From: the human T2T-CHM13v2.0 reference genome, Homo sapiens
Strand: one strand, 5' to 3'
DNA length: 64,000 nucleotides
Assembly: GCF_009914755.1 (NCBI RefSeq)
Contig: NC_060927.1
Numbering within the stretch: the first letter of the stretch is position 1; each line of letters begins with the position of its first letter. The position numbers were made by a program, and so were the translations under genes. The notes beneath the pieces were generated by a model that worked only from the letters and a program-made list of their open reading frames with translations, did no database searches and had not been told where the DNA came from. Of this stretch, positions 1 to 14,832 are shown piece by piece.

Positions 1-1239
1 TGACATTCTTTCCTATGTTCTCCCTGATCACTAAATAAAAAATACAGTGGCTTTTCACATTTGGAGAGAAATGTATTAAATTTGATTTCTACTGAACAGT
101 GATAGAAAAACAGTCCAGTTCTTAGATTTACTCCAGATGTAAGTGGCAAGTAATCTTCTCTGGCAAGGTAATAGAGAAGCTGAATCAGAAAGGAAATGAC
201 CTACAGTCACTTAGTCCTTAAGGGTTTTTTTAAAAAGAGTACAGCCTTGTTTCATAGCTACACAAGATTAGACTACTCATGAAATCAGAACTTTTATAGA
301 TTTTTCACGTTTAGATGGAGTATCAACGTCTAACTGACAAACTCCAGCCACTACTTGATCATCCCATTCTGAAATTCCAACTAATTTCAGAAATTTCACC
401 AACTCAGAGTCAGTTGCAATTCCTGAAACCTCTGTCTTAAGTTCTGCCATTATGGTTCTTCTCTGGACCAGTTAGTTGGATGAAATAATTATAGAATTGT
501 TGAGGTAGAAGGGACCTTGGATTCCACTTTTCAGGACTTGGAGAAGTTGGAAAGCTTGGTGGCTTACATAACACAGGTTGGCAAATTTATGATGGAGCTT
601 GGAGAAGAATTAGGAGCTCTCTCTCCAAAACTTGTTCCCTAGCACCTTGCTTCCTTCCCACTGTCTATCCTACTGTCTGTTGTCCTAGCAGTCTGCCCAC
701 CTTCGCCCACCTTCACCCTCCAGCTCACAAACACACACAAACTGGTCTTAAATAAACATTGGGAATTCTGGACCAAGCATTCTGGTCTGAGAGGCAGGAC
801 AGTGTCTGAGCATCCCAAAGTGTGATTATAATTTTACTTTCTCCCAACCTACGTATCTTCTGGGAGCCTAGCAAAATTTAATTTCTGGGTCAGTGTTGAC
901 TTTTACCATTTATGATTTAATTAACTTAGAAAGAAATTAAACCTTTTTCTGGAAGGAAAAAACAGAAGAAATAGTATCCAAGCTCCACGTTCTCGCTACA
1001 TAATGTCTCTACGTAAATATCTCCTGGACTGTGAACTTGAGCATGGAGTGTCAAGACAGGAAAGGAGCTGATTCTCAGGAAGCCTCATTCCCTTTCCCAT
1101 TCAGTGGCCTTTGAAGTTCTCAAAAGCTACTGAGGCTCCTGGAATATAGACCATGCTCAGGCACTCAGATTTTTCCAATCAACTCTCCTCCATGGGTGCA
1201 CAACTTCAAAGGTCGTATCTGTGTTATTCCCCACTCTAA

Positions 1240-1815
1240 TACTAAAGCCTGGCAAATAGTATGTGCTCAATAAATACTAGTTTACCAATATATGGTTCCA
1301 AGTTTACTCCAGTCCTTAAAGATATTTCAGGTTTCAAGATGGAAATACAATCATATTTTCCCTGGCTTAAACTCCGCCAATAGCTTCTCCAGGGTCTTGG
1401 AATAAAGTTTAAACCCTTTGCGTGGCCCCTAAGACCTGTAAGTTGTCGGCCCTGCCCTGCTCTCTGCACTCTCCCTGTAAACACTCTCCCTCAATGACTA
1501 ATTTCTAGGCACATTGTTCCCCCTTCTGGTCCAGGACACATCAAGCCCCTCCCTACCTCAAAGCCTTGCACTTGCTGTTTCCTCTTCCCTATGCCCCCAC
1601 TACTTTCTATCACAGCAGCCTGCTCATTTCTTTCAGAACACAAATTATAATCTGTTGTTACCCTTATATATTCATTTGTTCATTTGTTTATTGCCTATGT
1701 CCCTTACTTGAATGTTTGATCCACAGGCCAAGGTTTGAGATATGTTATTCACAGCTGTAGCCCCAGCACTGGTTGGACATAAGGAAAGCATCCTGTGTAC
1801 ACTTGCTGAAGGAAT
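1240..1815 (+). mobile_element. L2 (LINE2) 3' fragments
   Basis: cctggcaaatagtatgtgctcaataaata and ccttgcacttgctgtttcctct resemble L2 3'-end motifs. Confidence 0.6.
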
Positions 1816-4298
1816 GCAAGTATCTACCCTTTCATATCATCGTATCACATTTGAATATCAAAGAAGCCATTCAGGAAAGATATTCTGCCTTGATGTAAAC
1901 CATTCCAAGGCCCAGTACACAGAAAACATTTTGCTTAAATTGAAAAAGGAAGCACCATTAAGAAGATAATACATGAGGCAAGCAACTGGAGGGAACAACT
2001 TCCTTTTCTGACTTTGTAACTGACTTAATGTGGGAACAATTTAATAGAACTCCATTTCTATGAATAATTTGGGTATAATAAGCCTGGCCCATTCTACACT
2101 CTACCATTAGGATGAGTAATATATTTCACAGAAGAAAAATGTTACAGGAAGTTGTTGTATTTTGGTTTTGTCTTTTGTCTCATCAGATGAGATGTCATTG
2201 AAGAACCCTAGGGCCGTGGCAAGATCCCAGTTAGGGCATTTTATTTTCTCATTCCCTTGGAAAATACCAATTTTCCAAGTTTGGTTGTGCTTTCTAATCC
2301 CTGGCAATAATGAAATTCATATGTCACGAAGCCCATGGCCTGTCAGGGAGTAATGAACTTGTTAAATAATCAAATGCCAAGTGGCATCTTTGGTTTCAAT
2401 TCAGTAGAATATAATTTCAGATACATTAGCACAATACTGGGTTGCTAATTCAAATTTCCTTTCTTTTCAGCAAAATTATTTAAGTGTTCCAGTATTTAAT
2501 CCTTGGGGCATGGTTATTACAGAGGACAACTTACATTATACAAAACTACCAATAAATATAATTTTGGAATATATTTTCTACTCAGGGAATATGTCAGGTT
2601 TCTTTACATCATTTTTTTTTCAAATTTACTTTATTTGCCTACCATCTTCCCAATCTCTGCCATTTCCGTATACCAAGATACTTTCATGATTACTTTTCAT
2701 TGTATCCAGGTACCACCTGTGCTATTATTTACTTAATATATTTTATTTAAATTGATTCACTTTTTAAATGTTAATGTATTTCTTTAAAAAGGAAATCTTA
2801 TGTCATTGCTACAAAAGACAAAACAGCACCACCAGCCATGAATGGAAGGTAAGCGTAATGGGATCTAAACAAGGCTATGAAATCTTAACTGGATGCTGTT
2901 GCCTGCAGAAGGCTCTGAGACTGAGACCTGTGGAGGTGTTAATGACCTACTAGCATCGAATTAAAATGTTCTCCTTGACCTGATCAGAAGAATTGAAAAA
3001 TAAATGGTAAAGGAGTGCCTTCTTTTTCACATAATTTCATCTCACTCAATGCCATTTTCTGGTATTACTTAACATAATCTCTGTTCTTAGTAAAGGTAAG
3101 AGTGCCACCCTTTGAAATATATCACCTTAGAGCAAGAACAGCCCTCTGCTCTATTTCAAAGAGAGTGGGAAAATATATTCCAAATGCTTTGGAATCCCCA
3201 AAGCATTTCCTTCTCCATCTCCCTGCCTTCCTGAGGCTGCTGATCTAATGGCAGGATTTCAAGCACTTCTGCCTAAGTATCCCCATTGGTTTCCCATCAG
3301 AAGCAAAAACAACCTATTGCAAATGGAGACAATATTGTAAAATAAATACGTCTCATGAAAACTTGATCGTATATTCTCCTGGCTTTCTATGTTAAAAACG
3401 CAGGAGAGGAGGACAACAGAAATGAGAGGATATAGTCTGCTTGGAAACAACCCACAGGTAGCAAACAGATTGATCAACTGAAGGATAAGTATGGGCCACA
3501 ATTTAGCTGAGAGTATAAGAGGCTGCCGGCCTTCACCACACACACCATTTTTTCCAACCACAAAGTATTAATATATTTAACTAATGAACGCAGTGTTATT
3601 ATATTATACAACTGATCCAATATGACGATGCTGAGCAGGGTCCTGGCCATAAGTGAAGAGATGGCACTGATAAAAGGAGGTGAAGGATGTGTAATGTCAA
3701 TTCAATACATGAGGATTCCAAATAACATACTCTTAGACAAATTGGGTTATGTTATGTACTCCTAAATTTTTGGCTATACTTGAAAAAAAAAAAAAAGACA
3801 ACAGCCAAATTCCTTGTAGACATGTGCTATGGCACAATGTTAGGGTTCCAGTTATGGGGTGTAGTACTTGGTAGCAGCAACCATGGAATTTGAGTAATAA
3901 ACAAAACATGCTTGAATGGAGTTTTGGTTTTAGAATATATAAATAAAGCATGGGCACCAGCTGGCTGTAAAAATAGTCAAAGACAAGATTCAGAAGATGA
4001 ATAGGGCAGGAAAAGGGCTAAGCTTGTCAGAGGATGAAGTGGAGTTATTAGGACAAATTAAAGATAATCCCCGAAAGGAAAATTTCTGGAATAATAAAAA
4101 TCAAGTAGCAGAGATGACAGTTGGAGATTAGTAATAGGAGAAAGTGTAAGTGGGAGGGGTGGAGAAAAGGAGAAGAAATAAAGCTTCAAAGAAAAGAGAT
4201 GATGAAGAGGCTTCTGAGTAAGTTAAAACTAGGGAGGCAGGAAGAAAATGGAACTGCACAAACAGGCTCGTTCATGCTACCAGATAAAACTGGAGGCA

Positions 4299-4587
4299 AG
4301 CCAGGTGCAGTGGCCCATGCCTGAATCCTTGTACTTTGGGAGGATGAGGCGGGGGCAGGTCACTTGAGCCCAAGAGTTCGAGACCAGCCTCAGCAACATG
4401 GTGAAACCCCATCTCTACAAAAACATACAAAAATTAGCTGGGCGTGGTAGTGTATGCCTGTAGTCCCAGCTACTCAGGAGACTGAGGTGGGAGGATCACC
4501 TGAGCCCAGGTTGGCCAAGGCTGCAGTGAGCTGTGATTGCACCACTGTACTCCAGCCTGGGTGACAGAGTAAGACCCTATCTCAAAA
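4299..4587 (+). mobile_element. Alu, AluJ-type, full length
   Basis: Dimeric Alu with J-type motifs (gaggatcacctgagcccagg, ggctgcagtgagctgtgat, agaccctatctc). Confidence 0.9.
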
Positions 4588-4663
4588 GACAAAACAAAAC
4601 AAAACAAAACAAAACAAAACAAAACAAAACAAAACCCAAACCTCAAAACAAAACAAAACAAAA
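4588..4663 (+). repeat. (CAAAA)n microsatellite derived from the Alu tail
   Basis: Read directly from the sequence. Confidence 0.95.
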
Positions 4664-6099
4664 CCACTTGGAGGTAGAGAAAAACTACTAGAAGTGAACT
4701 GTGACAAAGAAAAATGGTTAAAAAGAGTATTGAGTACAGAATTGTGGATTTAGAAGGAAAATAAGTAAAGGATATAGGAGAGTCTACATGTAAAGGATAA
4801 AGGAAGAGAGGAAGACACACGAGTGTTGTATATTTCAAGCTCCACGTATATCCCTTTGGGATACTATAGAAATGGCAAATACAGGGCACTTGTACTCCTT
4901 CCTCTTCCACGGCAGATGTTACAAGTTGACCTTGGCACTATTTTCCTCTGAGTATGGATTTGGCCTCGAACCCTTCTCAATACAGCACTTCAGGTAGCTA
5001 CCACTGACTGATTTCACTTGACCCTGGTCATGAAACCTGAATCCTTAAGGTATTACAAATCAACCAACCTATTGACTGAAGAGGAATCAAAAATGTATAC
5101 TTCTTACTGGAAAAGCAAAATGTTTCAATGTGAGCTGTTTCTGTACATAGACATCATAAGCCACATGTATAGTTATGAGTAAGTATGTGTATAAAACATG
5201 AATATTTCATGCAGGTAGACCCAATCATTCTGTAATTATTTGTAATCTGAAATTCTGTTTTAACCATTTACAAACACAGGAAAATCAACTCATGATTTAC
5301 CCTGGTAACTGAAACCGTTGCATCTGATCGAATGTTACAAACTATGTTTTGAATTATAATAGCTCATATGAAACAACAGTCTGTTAGAATAATCAGAACT
5401 TTCTTCTTCCTTCTCAATCTTATAACGCCATATTGGGCCCAGCATCTTAAAAGGTTGCCAGAAACACGAAATAGGTTGTTCTTCCCCCATGTATCACACA
5501 TTTTAAAAAAGCACAAATAGTGCAGTATAACATAAGAGCATGGAAAACGATCAGACCATTTGAGGAATAACTGGGATTTCATCAATGGCAGTAAAAAAGA
5601 AACCACATTTATTGTCAGTTTGAAACTTGGTTGTAAAAAAAGGGAGGAAGGGTGACGTGTGACAAGGTGCATTGGTTTCCATTTCCTCTTGTACACACTC
5701 ATTAATTTCTCCCAGCTTCTGAGCATCTGAGGCTTTTGCCTATTCATGCAAAGAGCCACTTGAAGGTATACAATGCCCTGAGATTTTCTCTAGTCCAGGA
5801 AACATTCCGTGCTTTCTTTGAACTATTTTGTTTGAACATCCTGGCAAATTATTCATGTTCTGCCAAACAGCTCATAATGCTCTGGGGGAGGAGAGGCAGT
5901 GAGCTGCTGTTCAGGGTTTCTCTTTTGATGACTCTCTTATGAATTAACACCAACACAAAAAGATGCTCATTAGTCTAGATGGGCTTAACTGAGATAGAAA
6001 AGGAAGGGAGAGGAAAGTAGTGGGTAGGGAGGGAAGGGAGCAATGATCTCTCAAGAATCTTTGAGGCCTGAGAGTCTACTGACCCTAATGAATGAACCC

Positions 6100-6710
6100 A
6101 TTATTGCTCCTGTGGACCGCTGAAACAGTACCCTAACTGACCTCCTGCACAACCCTGCCCACCCACTCCCCATCCACTGCAGCGAGAGTCATCTTTTCAA
6201 AATACATCTCCAATGCATACTTTCCTCACCAAGGCCTAACAACTTCCTCATGGTATGGCCCTGCCTGCCTCTCTGGCAGCTTATCCACCCCTTATTCTCC
6301 AAACTCCAGCCCTGCTGGCCTCTTTTGAATTTCTCCTTGCCCAGGGCCTTTGCTAACCACAGGACCTTTGCACAAGCTGTTTACTCTGCCTAGAATGCTC
6401 TCCACCCATCCCCACTCCCATTGCTCAACTTTAATAATATTAGTTCAAATGCCTCATATGTCCTAAGGAAGGCCTATTCTGCATCTGTCCTCACAAACTG
6501 GTTCAGGTGCCTCCCACTATCTCCTCTCAAAGCATTCTTTGTCAGCATTTATAACTATTTATAATTATATATTTGTGCCATTACTTTCTGATGTCCCCAT
6601 GAAACTGTGAGCTGTGGAGGGCTACAGCAGTGACTACTTTCCTTTCCACCATACAATAATACCTTGTACACACACATTTGACTAAATTGTATTGACCCAA
6701 TGAATTAATG
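6100..6710 (+). mobile_element. L2 fragment
   Basis: aggacctttgcacaagctgtttactctgcctagaatgctctcc and related L2 motifs. Confidence 0.65.
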
Positions 6711-6769
6711 TATTATGTAACATACTACCTTGCTAATACATTCAGAACTATGACATACAGGAAAAAATT

Positions 6770-7027
6770 AGACAAAAACCCAAATATCATATGTTCTCAC
6801 TAATAAGTGGGACCAAAGCTATAAGGATTCAAAGGAATAAGAATGATACAATGGACTTTGGGGACTCAGGGGAAAGAGTGGGAAGGGGGTAACGGATAAC
6901 AGACTACAAACTGGGTTCAGTATATATTGCTCGGGTGATGACACCAAGATCTCCCAAATCACCACTGAAGAACTTAGTAATATAACCAAATTACCACCTG
7001 TTCCCCAAAAATATATGGAAATGAAAA
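6770..7027 (+). mobile_element. L1PB-type 3' end, 5'-truncated
   Basis: atatgttctcactaataagtggg...aatgatacaatggactttggggactcaggggaaag...caccactgaagaactt...cacctgttccccaaaa. Confidence 0.85.
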
Positions 7028-7394
7028 CATTTTTATGTCTTATACTGAAAACCAAATATTTAGAAAATTTAATAAAAGTAAACTTATATCAAACTTTCCT
7101 GCACATTATATTGATGAATGGAAGTTGTGACTAATCTCTCGAGGGTGAATACTTAAAACCACTAGAAAGGACACTGTTTCTTTAATTTTCTTCAGTTCTC
7201 TGCTTTGAAGGAACTAGAATCTTTGCTGTGGCTGCCAAATAAAAATGTAGGCAAGTCATCTTGTTTGAAAAATAAACAAGGTTTATGTCTTCTCGTATCT
7301 TCTGGGGAAACCAGATCTTTACCTTGGAGTTGGCCAAAATGGAACTAATGGCAGCAACCCTCTATAAGATGGACCCTGGAGAAACATAACTTAC

Positions 7395-7516
7395 GTTGGT
7401 TTAGAAGCCTCGGCCTGATCAGTCTGTAGTTTCTCTCCTCCTTCCACCTCCATTGTGCAATATACGATGCGATTTGGAGCCAAAGATTTGAGGCCTTGGA
7501 CTTCCATAATTACCAC
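7395..7516 (-). CDS. CADPS: CADPS coding exon (probably exon 6), 122 nt, phase 0-2, [40 protein letters not shown](T); N-terminal part of the C2 domain
   Basis: Acceptor ttctcttttcag|GTG; consensus donor AAC|gtaagt. Continues the frame of the 234-nt exon. Confidence 0.96.
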
Positions 7517-7697
7517 CTGAAAAGAGAATTCCACATAATGGAGGTTATTGGCAAGGCCCCTGGCAGCATCGCCCAGAGGAAAATACACAAATGAGAAGCT
7601 ACAGAGAAAACCAACAGGTATCTGATGGCTTCTGTTAGGTTTGTACCAGTCATGCTGGGACCAGTCTAGCACGAAGATGCAATTCCTCATAGTGTAG

Positions 7698-8144
<447 letters not shown>

Positions 8145-8985
8145 AGGCTCTTATTTTCTTTAAAAATAGTCTGGCTTTTGGTTCAGCACTTTAAAGAGCC
8201 ACAGGCTCATAAATTCACTTTTTGCTTCACAATAAGATAAGTAATAGTGCAAATACTAAAATAAAGGGCAAGTACTATTCAGCATTAGATTCAGAGATGC
8301 AACAGGGATTAGCAGGGACTATGACAAACTGGAGAGCACATGCTCCTTCTGAAGGGAGCAGCTGCCAGTTACAACCCGTTGTTGCCTTGTCTTTTCTCAC
8401 TTTAGAGTTACCAGATACTCCAATTTTGCCTTCCAGAAAATGAAAAACTGAATCAGAGTCACAGTGAGAAAGCTGATTTTGAAATGCTGACAATAATTCA
8501 AATAGGGAGAAATAAAATACACAAACTCTGTACAGGCCAATATTATTGAGTCAAAACAAAAACATGTCTGCAGCTGCATAGTCTTTGGTCCAGACTGAGA
8601 GAAAAAGCCGGTGTCATGATGGATCAAGATGTATCATTTACAGTTTCTGGCACTTCCTACCACCTCCCCAAACTCCACGTAATCACCTACTATTCTGATA
8701 TTTAACAGTATGGCTTGTCACAAGAGACCGGGGAGGGAGAAGAATGCAGAAAGCAGAGAAGAAAGAGATCAATTTAAAAATCTGAAACAAATGACTCACA
8801 TCAGAGATATACAATTAGTCCTTATACATGAAAAAATCATTCAGTTGTACTCCAAAACAGGTAATGGTATTACACAAGAAGAAGAATGTGAGTGCGCAAA
8901 AAATGAATACTTCCTTAGTGGATCAGATTCAAGAAAGTACAATAGGGTTAGCATTGAACCAGGATTCCACAAGTCACAGTTTTGC

Positions 8986-9175
8986 TACTGGTTCTCAAAC
9001 TTAATGTGAATCAGAATCATTTATTGGGCTTGTTAAACTAGAGATTGCTAGGCTCTATGATCTCCAGAGTTTCTAATCAGTAGGCCTGGGTTGGAGCCCA
9101 GGACTTTCTTTTTCTAACAATTTTCCTGGTGATGCTGATGCTGCTGACCCAGAAGCCATACTTTCAAAACCATTG
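8986..9175. mobile_element. MER5A (hAT-Charlie MITE)
   Basis: ggttctcaaact...tcagaatca...cttgttaaa...ggtgatgctgatgctgctg...ctttcaaaaccattg, with terminal inverted repeats (TIRs). Confidence 0.8.
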
Positions 9176-9184
9176 TACTACTCG

Positions 9185-9600
9185 CGTGATGTTGGGCAAA
9201 TGATTTGATGTTGAAGTCACTTCATTTTTCTTTCAAATCTCCAGGGCCTGTTTCCTGATCTGTAAAGTGGGAATAAAAATATGTATCCCGTGGCTGTTGT
9301 GTGAGGATCAAATGAGACGATGCACATAAGTGAACATTTTTACATTGGGAAGAACCATATAAATAGAAAGAAATGGAAGGCACAGTGAAAGAGCACAAAT
9401 TTTGGAATTTAAAATATCTGACTTCACATCCTGATTATGCATTTTCACAAGCTGTGTAATCACGTGCAGGTTTCTCAACCTCTCTGAGGCTTAGTTACTA
9501 CACCTGCAAATACCTGAAAAGACTATTGTGAGGATTCACTGTGTTATGATGAATAAGCACCTGGCCCACAGTGGCATTCTACAAACACCTGTTGCTTTCT
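9185..9600 (+). mobile_element. Two MIR fragments
   Basis: MIR core motifs (ctgtttcctgatctgtaaagtgggaataa; aacctctctgaggcttagtt; ttgtgaggatt). Confidence 0.65.
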
Positions 9601-10072
9601 GTTAGCACATGCCCTTTGCCCTTTGTCCTTTGCCCAAGGCCTGGCTACTGGGCACCCTGGACCTTCCTTCCCTCACTGCAAAGTTATTTACTACCTGGTG
9701 GCCCCTCCAGCCATGCAAGTGTATAATTATGTAAAATATGACTTGCACCAAGCTGCAAATTCAAATCCTAGTCTGCCCTGATGAGATGACAATCCTTTCT
9801 CCCTCTTCTTGCCTGCCCTCATTGTGCCCACCAAAACACATTCACAAACAGATGTGCAATGGTTTTTGCTGGCAGTTTTCTATGATGTGCAATTCAGTGT
9901 TCTATTTAAAAAGTATTTGGGAATCCTAGGACATTTCTTTCTGTACTTTCAATTACAAGTCAAACCATCTGAATCAGGTACACATAGGAGTACGGACTTG
10001 TCTACATCTATATTTCAGATAATCAGCTGTGTAATATCGAGTACTGACAAAGAATTAGAAAATTACAGATTT

Positions 10073-10364
10073 AGCAGGGCATGGTGGTGCACATCTACAA
10101 TCCCAGCATTTTGGGGGGCTTAGGTGGATAGATGGCATGAGTCCAGGAGTTGAAGACCAGCCTGAACAACATGGCAAAACCCCATCTCTACAAAAAATAC
10201 AAAGATTAGCTGGGTTTGGTGGTGTGCACCTGTAGTCCCAGCTACTTGGGAGGCTGGCTGAGGTGGGAAGATCACTTGAGTCCAGGAAGTTGAGGCTGCA
10301 GTTAGCCAAGACTGCACCTGCACCACTGCACTCTAGCCTGGGCAACAGAGTGAGACCTTGTGTC

Positions 10365-10392
<28 letters not shown>
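10073..10392 (+). mobile_element. Alu, AluJ-type, with pure A tail and TSD agaaaattacagattta (10057-10073 / 10399-10415)
   Basis: Dimeric Alu with J-type motifs; both TSD copies read directly. Confidence 0.92.
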
Positions 10393-10397
<5 letters not shown>

Positions 10398-10884
10398 AAG
10401 AAAATTACAGATTTAAAATACTCATGAAAATCAATAAACCACTTTCCCCCCGTTTCTGTAGGAAGACAAGAGGCAGTACGGAATAAATTGACACCTTTAA
10501 TTGGCAATAATCAAATTCAGACACCTAAGAAAATACATTCAGTAGCTCAGGTGGCAGTATTGTTTTTTAAAAAAGAAAGTTTCTGTGAAATTACACGGAT
10601 GATTTTTTCACACACTAAGTACTCTATATTTAATTGAATACTGCCTCTTCCAACTGCACAATACATGTTGAAAACACTAATGTGAGTATCTCCATCCAAA
10701 CTTAGCACAGAAAAACAAATTACCTGCAGTTAATTCACAGCAGGCTTTAATGATGTTTTAGAAAATTAATTTAGTTTTTACATATTCTAATCAACTGCAC
10801 AGAAATTTGATCTCTTCTCTTGGTCTCCCCAAATCTAGGGTTATCATAAAACCCTTGTGGGGTTTTGAACTTTAGTAAGTTACA

Positions 10885-10968
10885 AGTGGTTCTCAAATTT
10901 TGGAGTGGATAAGAAGCATGTAGGGGCTGGTTAAAGTATACAGTCCAGGGCTGCATCCTGTCTAGAAT
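10885..10968. mobile_element. MER5-family MITE, first half (continues at about 11873-11978)
   Basis: agtggttctcaaatttt...ggggctggttaaa matches a MER5 terminus. Confidence 0.6.
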
Positions 10969-11872
<904 letters not shown>

Positions 11873-11978
11873 TCCCCTCGAGATCCTAGCTCAGTAGATC
11901 TGGGTGGTACCCAGGAATCTGCATAGTGAACTACCTTCCCATGTAATTCTGACATAGGTAGATCAGAACTACTCCTTA
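11873..11978. mobile_element. MER5-family MITE, second half
   Basis: tcagtagatctgggtggtacccaggaatctgcat...ttcccatgtaattctga. Confidence 0.6.
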
Positions 11979-12528
11979 GATTATATACATATGAAAAGAA
12001 AATGTGTGAAGAGAAATTATAGAGAAACTTATTGACATGTTGAGCATTTTGCCACAATACTAGCCTGAATGGGTACTTACTTTGGGAGCTGAGATAAACT
12101 AAAAAAGCCTCCACCACAAGGGACTCTCTACCTTGTAGCCAACAGGAAGGATGATGGGAAAGAAAATTTACAGCTCACCACAATATGATGCTAGCTTGCC
12201 TCTCTTATAACTGTAAAACTGGCTGCCAAAATTTTTAACTTTCTAAATTATATAAGGTCTTTATAAAATCCTTGAGCACTGTTTTAAGACAGAAAGTAAT
12301 GCAAGATTAAATTTAGTAGGTGGTTTTCAGATTGCATTTCCTTAAGAAAAATGTGGGCTCCTGGAGATGGGGAATCACTTGCTGATTAGCTGACCTAAGC
12401 TTAGCATGCTGTTATTTTAATAACTGCTCCTGGGGTGCAACAGAAAAAACAAGCTGATTGTGACGCATCTAATCGCCCATGTCCTACTTGCTGTGCCAAG
12501 AAACTTTCAAGGGCTCAGGGCTTTTTAC

Positions 12529-12762
12529 CTCCAATGAGAAAGACAGCACGACATCTGACTTGGAGAGCTGGTTCTCACTCTCCTCGCCCATGTCGATGAT
12601 GGAAGCATTGTGGCTGCGTTTGAGTTTCTGGAGCTTGAACTCCCCGCCTTTGGATACCGGCATGCTCTCCAAGTTGGCCATGAGCAGGTTGACAGATGAC
12701 TTCAGCTCCTCAATGTACATGTTTTCCATTTCTTTGGATACAAACTTGGGAAATTTGCGTTC
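12529..12762 (-). CDS. CADPS: CADPS coding exon (probably exon 5), 234 nt, phase 0-0, [78 protein letters not shown]
   Basis: Peptide matches CAPS1 as recalled. Polypyrimidine tract and acceptor tttctttttcttcccaag|GAA; donor GAG|gtaaaa. CpGs are locally retained, as is typical of coding sequence. Confidence 0.96.
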
Positions 12763-13574
12763 CTTGGGAAGAAAAAGAAAAGTATGAGCAGAGGAGAAAA
12801 TAGAAAGCTGATTTATAAAGAAGGTCTTTGTCTCATGGCCCAGAGTTAGAATCACATCTACTACTAGTGAAATTCACCCAGATCTCATGGCCTTGTGCTA
12901 GAAAAATGTTCAGCCTATTTGAGTAGACAGCTGCCTGCCTGCTAGTTATTTATACATTGTAACAGGTAAGAAACACGTACATAAACATATAGTAAGAAAC
13001 ATTGAAATGCTTTATTACAGTTCTATTTTTCCCCAGTTTCCTTCAGCAAATTTGATTTGTAGGAAGAAAAATGGGGTGTTATTTTTCAAATATGGTTTCA
13101 GTTTAGTTTTTCTTTTTAGTAAAATGCAGTCATTTGTTTTTAAGTGAGGGAAACAGAAAGAGACCCTATTTCTGGATATCTACAGAGATTTTCTCACATG
13201 AATAATTCAAAAGGAGCTCATTTGAGAGGTTTCAAACATAGTCTGTGTCTATTTCTAAGAATAATAGTTACTGTTTTCAAGAAAAATTGAACCAAATTAA
13301 TGAAGTGATGAAAAATGTGATTAAAATTCTTTAGAAGATAGAGCAATTTGGTATCATAACTGACCTCTATTTTTTCCTTTCTTGCTTATACATTTAGTTG
13401 TAATTGCAACACGTGCTAACCATGCTATTTGTTTCTTCATACTTCTAAGTCACCTGGAATGTGCTTTGGATCAATCACCTTCCCAAACAGTCATTTACCA
13501 CTTGAAACATAAACTTGCCCTCCCCAAGCCCTATTCCATAACTGATGGAGTGAGAAGCAAGCCAAGTCAGTTTG

Positions 13575-14070
13575 ACATTTTTATTTTTTTTTGCAAGTGA
13601 CAGAAAAATCCACCTCAAACTGGCTTAAAACAACAAAAGAAAATATCCTGGGGTAGACCCAGCTTCAGGAAAGGCTGGAATCAGGGCTCAGGTGATATCA
13701 CCACAACTGAGATTTTTGTTAAAATCTTGGCTTTGGTTCCTCTGGGGTGGCTTCATGCTCAGTTTGGCTCCCCTATCTTCACAGAAATGTTGCTAAAGAT
13801 GTGGACTGCACAACATCACATCATGCTATCTAACGGAAAAGTGAATATTTCCTCTTGTAATATGCAAGGAAGATGGAGACAGTCTTTCATCCCCAAATTC
13901 TCACCCAAAGTCTAACTTAAGTACATGTCCAATTGGCCATATTACTGGCCAATTTCTATGGCCAGTAATATGCTGTGCTGATGTGCATAGGCATAGCTTA
14001 TGTCCTCTGTCCTTGTGGCTGGGAGTAGAACCCCACCTAGATCCCATGGAACATGAATTGGTATGCCAAT
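13575..14070 (-). mobile_element. Old MaLR LTR (MLT1K/L-like)
   Basis: ttgcaagtgacagaaaaatccacctcaaactggcttaa...gcttcaggaaaggctggaatcagggctca. Confidence 0.55.
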
Positions 14071-14314
14071 TCTGTGTGGCCAAACAAAAAAAAAAAAAAA
14101 AAATAAGCTGTGTAACATATGGGCATCTGAGTCAAGATGAACCAACTAATTTTATTAGTGCCCTGTCATCAATCAGATTTACTCTGTCAAGCAGTTGAAC
14201 TAGACTGAGAGACATTGAGACTGCAATTGGCTGGTAGAACTGAAACAGTAACATCTTACAGACTCAGGGTTGGCTGCCACACTGGATCAGGTCAAAGCAG
14301 AATAAGACACTTAA

Positions 14315-14427
14315 CAAAGAAGAGAGAGAAAGAGGTAGAGACAAAGAGAGAGAAGAAGTAAGGGAGGCAGGGACTGAAGGAGGGAGGAAAAGGGAGAGGA
14401 GAGAAAAGAAAAGAAAAGAAAAGAAAG
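14315..14427 (+). repeat. GA-rich low-complexity tract ending in (GAAAA)n
   Basis: Read directly from the sequence. Confidence 0.85.
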
Positions 14428-14832
14428 ATGCTTTCTAGAGTTACAGAAAGGAACTCTGACTTTTATCATTTTCTAATTTCCACAGGACTAGTTATTTCTC
14501 CTGTAATTTTGTTCCTTAAGAATTTATTTTTCTTTCAGTAATTCCCCCACCCACTGTTAGTTAAAAGGGTTTTTCTTCCTTGCCATCTCACAGCTTCAGT
14601 CAAATACGGAGAGTGCTTCTTCTCCATAGAGCTTGGAGATGTCTTTGTGCTGGTCCAGTGCCAGTCTCCTTCCTACATGAAGGCTGTCATAAGTCTTGTT
14701 CCCCTCTCTCCCTATCTCCCTGCATAACTAACAGCCTTGTTTTCATCTTCCATATTTCAGCTTCAAAATTTCACTTCCCTGGGTTGGGTCCTCCTGTTGT
14801 ATTTGCTAACTTACCTTCTTGGTAGCATTTAT

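Noticed and set aside
7511-7518. AG|GT at the 122-nt exon acceptor as a recursive splice site
   Set aside because: The reconstituted donor GTGGTA is weak and is explained by Val-Val codons.
10055-10507. Long ORFs such as 150 aa (10055-10507), 146 aa (4470-4910) and 124 aa (60254-60628)
   Set aside because: They translate Alu and simple-repeat sequence ([16 protein letters not shown] repeats, poly-L/F) and are not real proteins.
12484-12855. 123-aa ORF (and the 7391-7690 and 23913-24287 ORFs) read as standalone genes
   Set aside because: Each is a CADPS exon plus intronic read-through; splice sites delimit the conserved peptide exactly.
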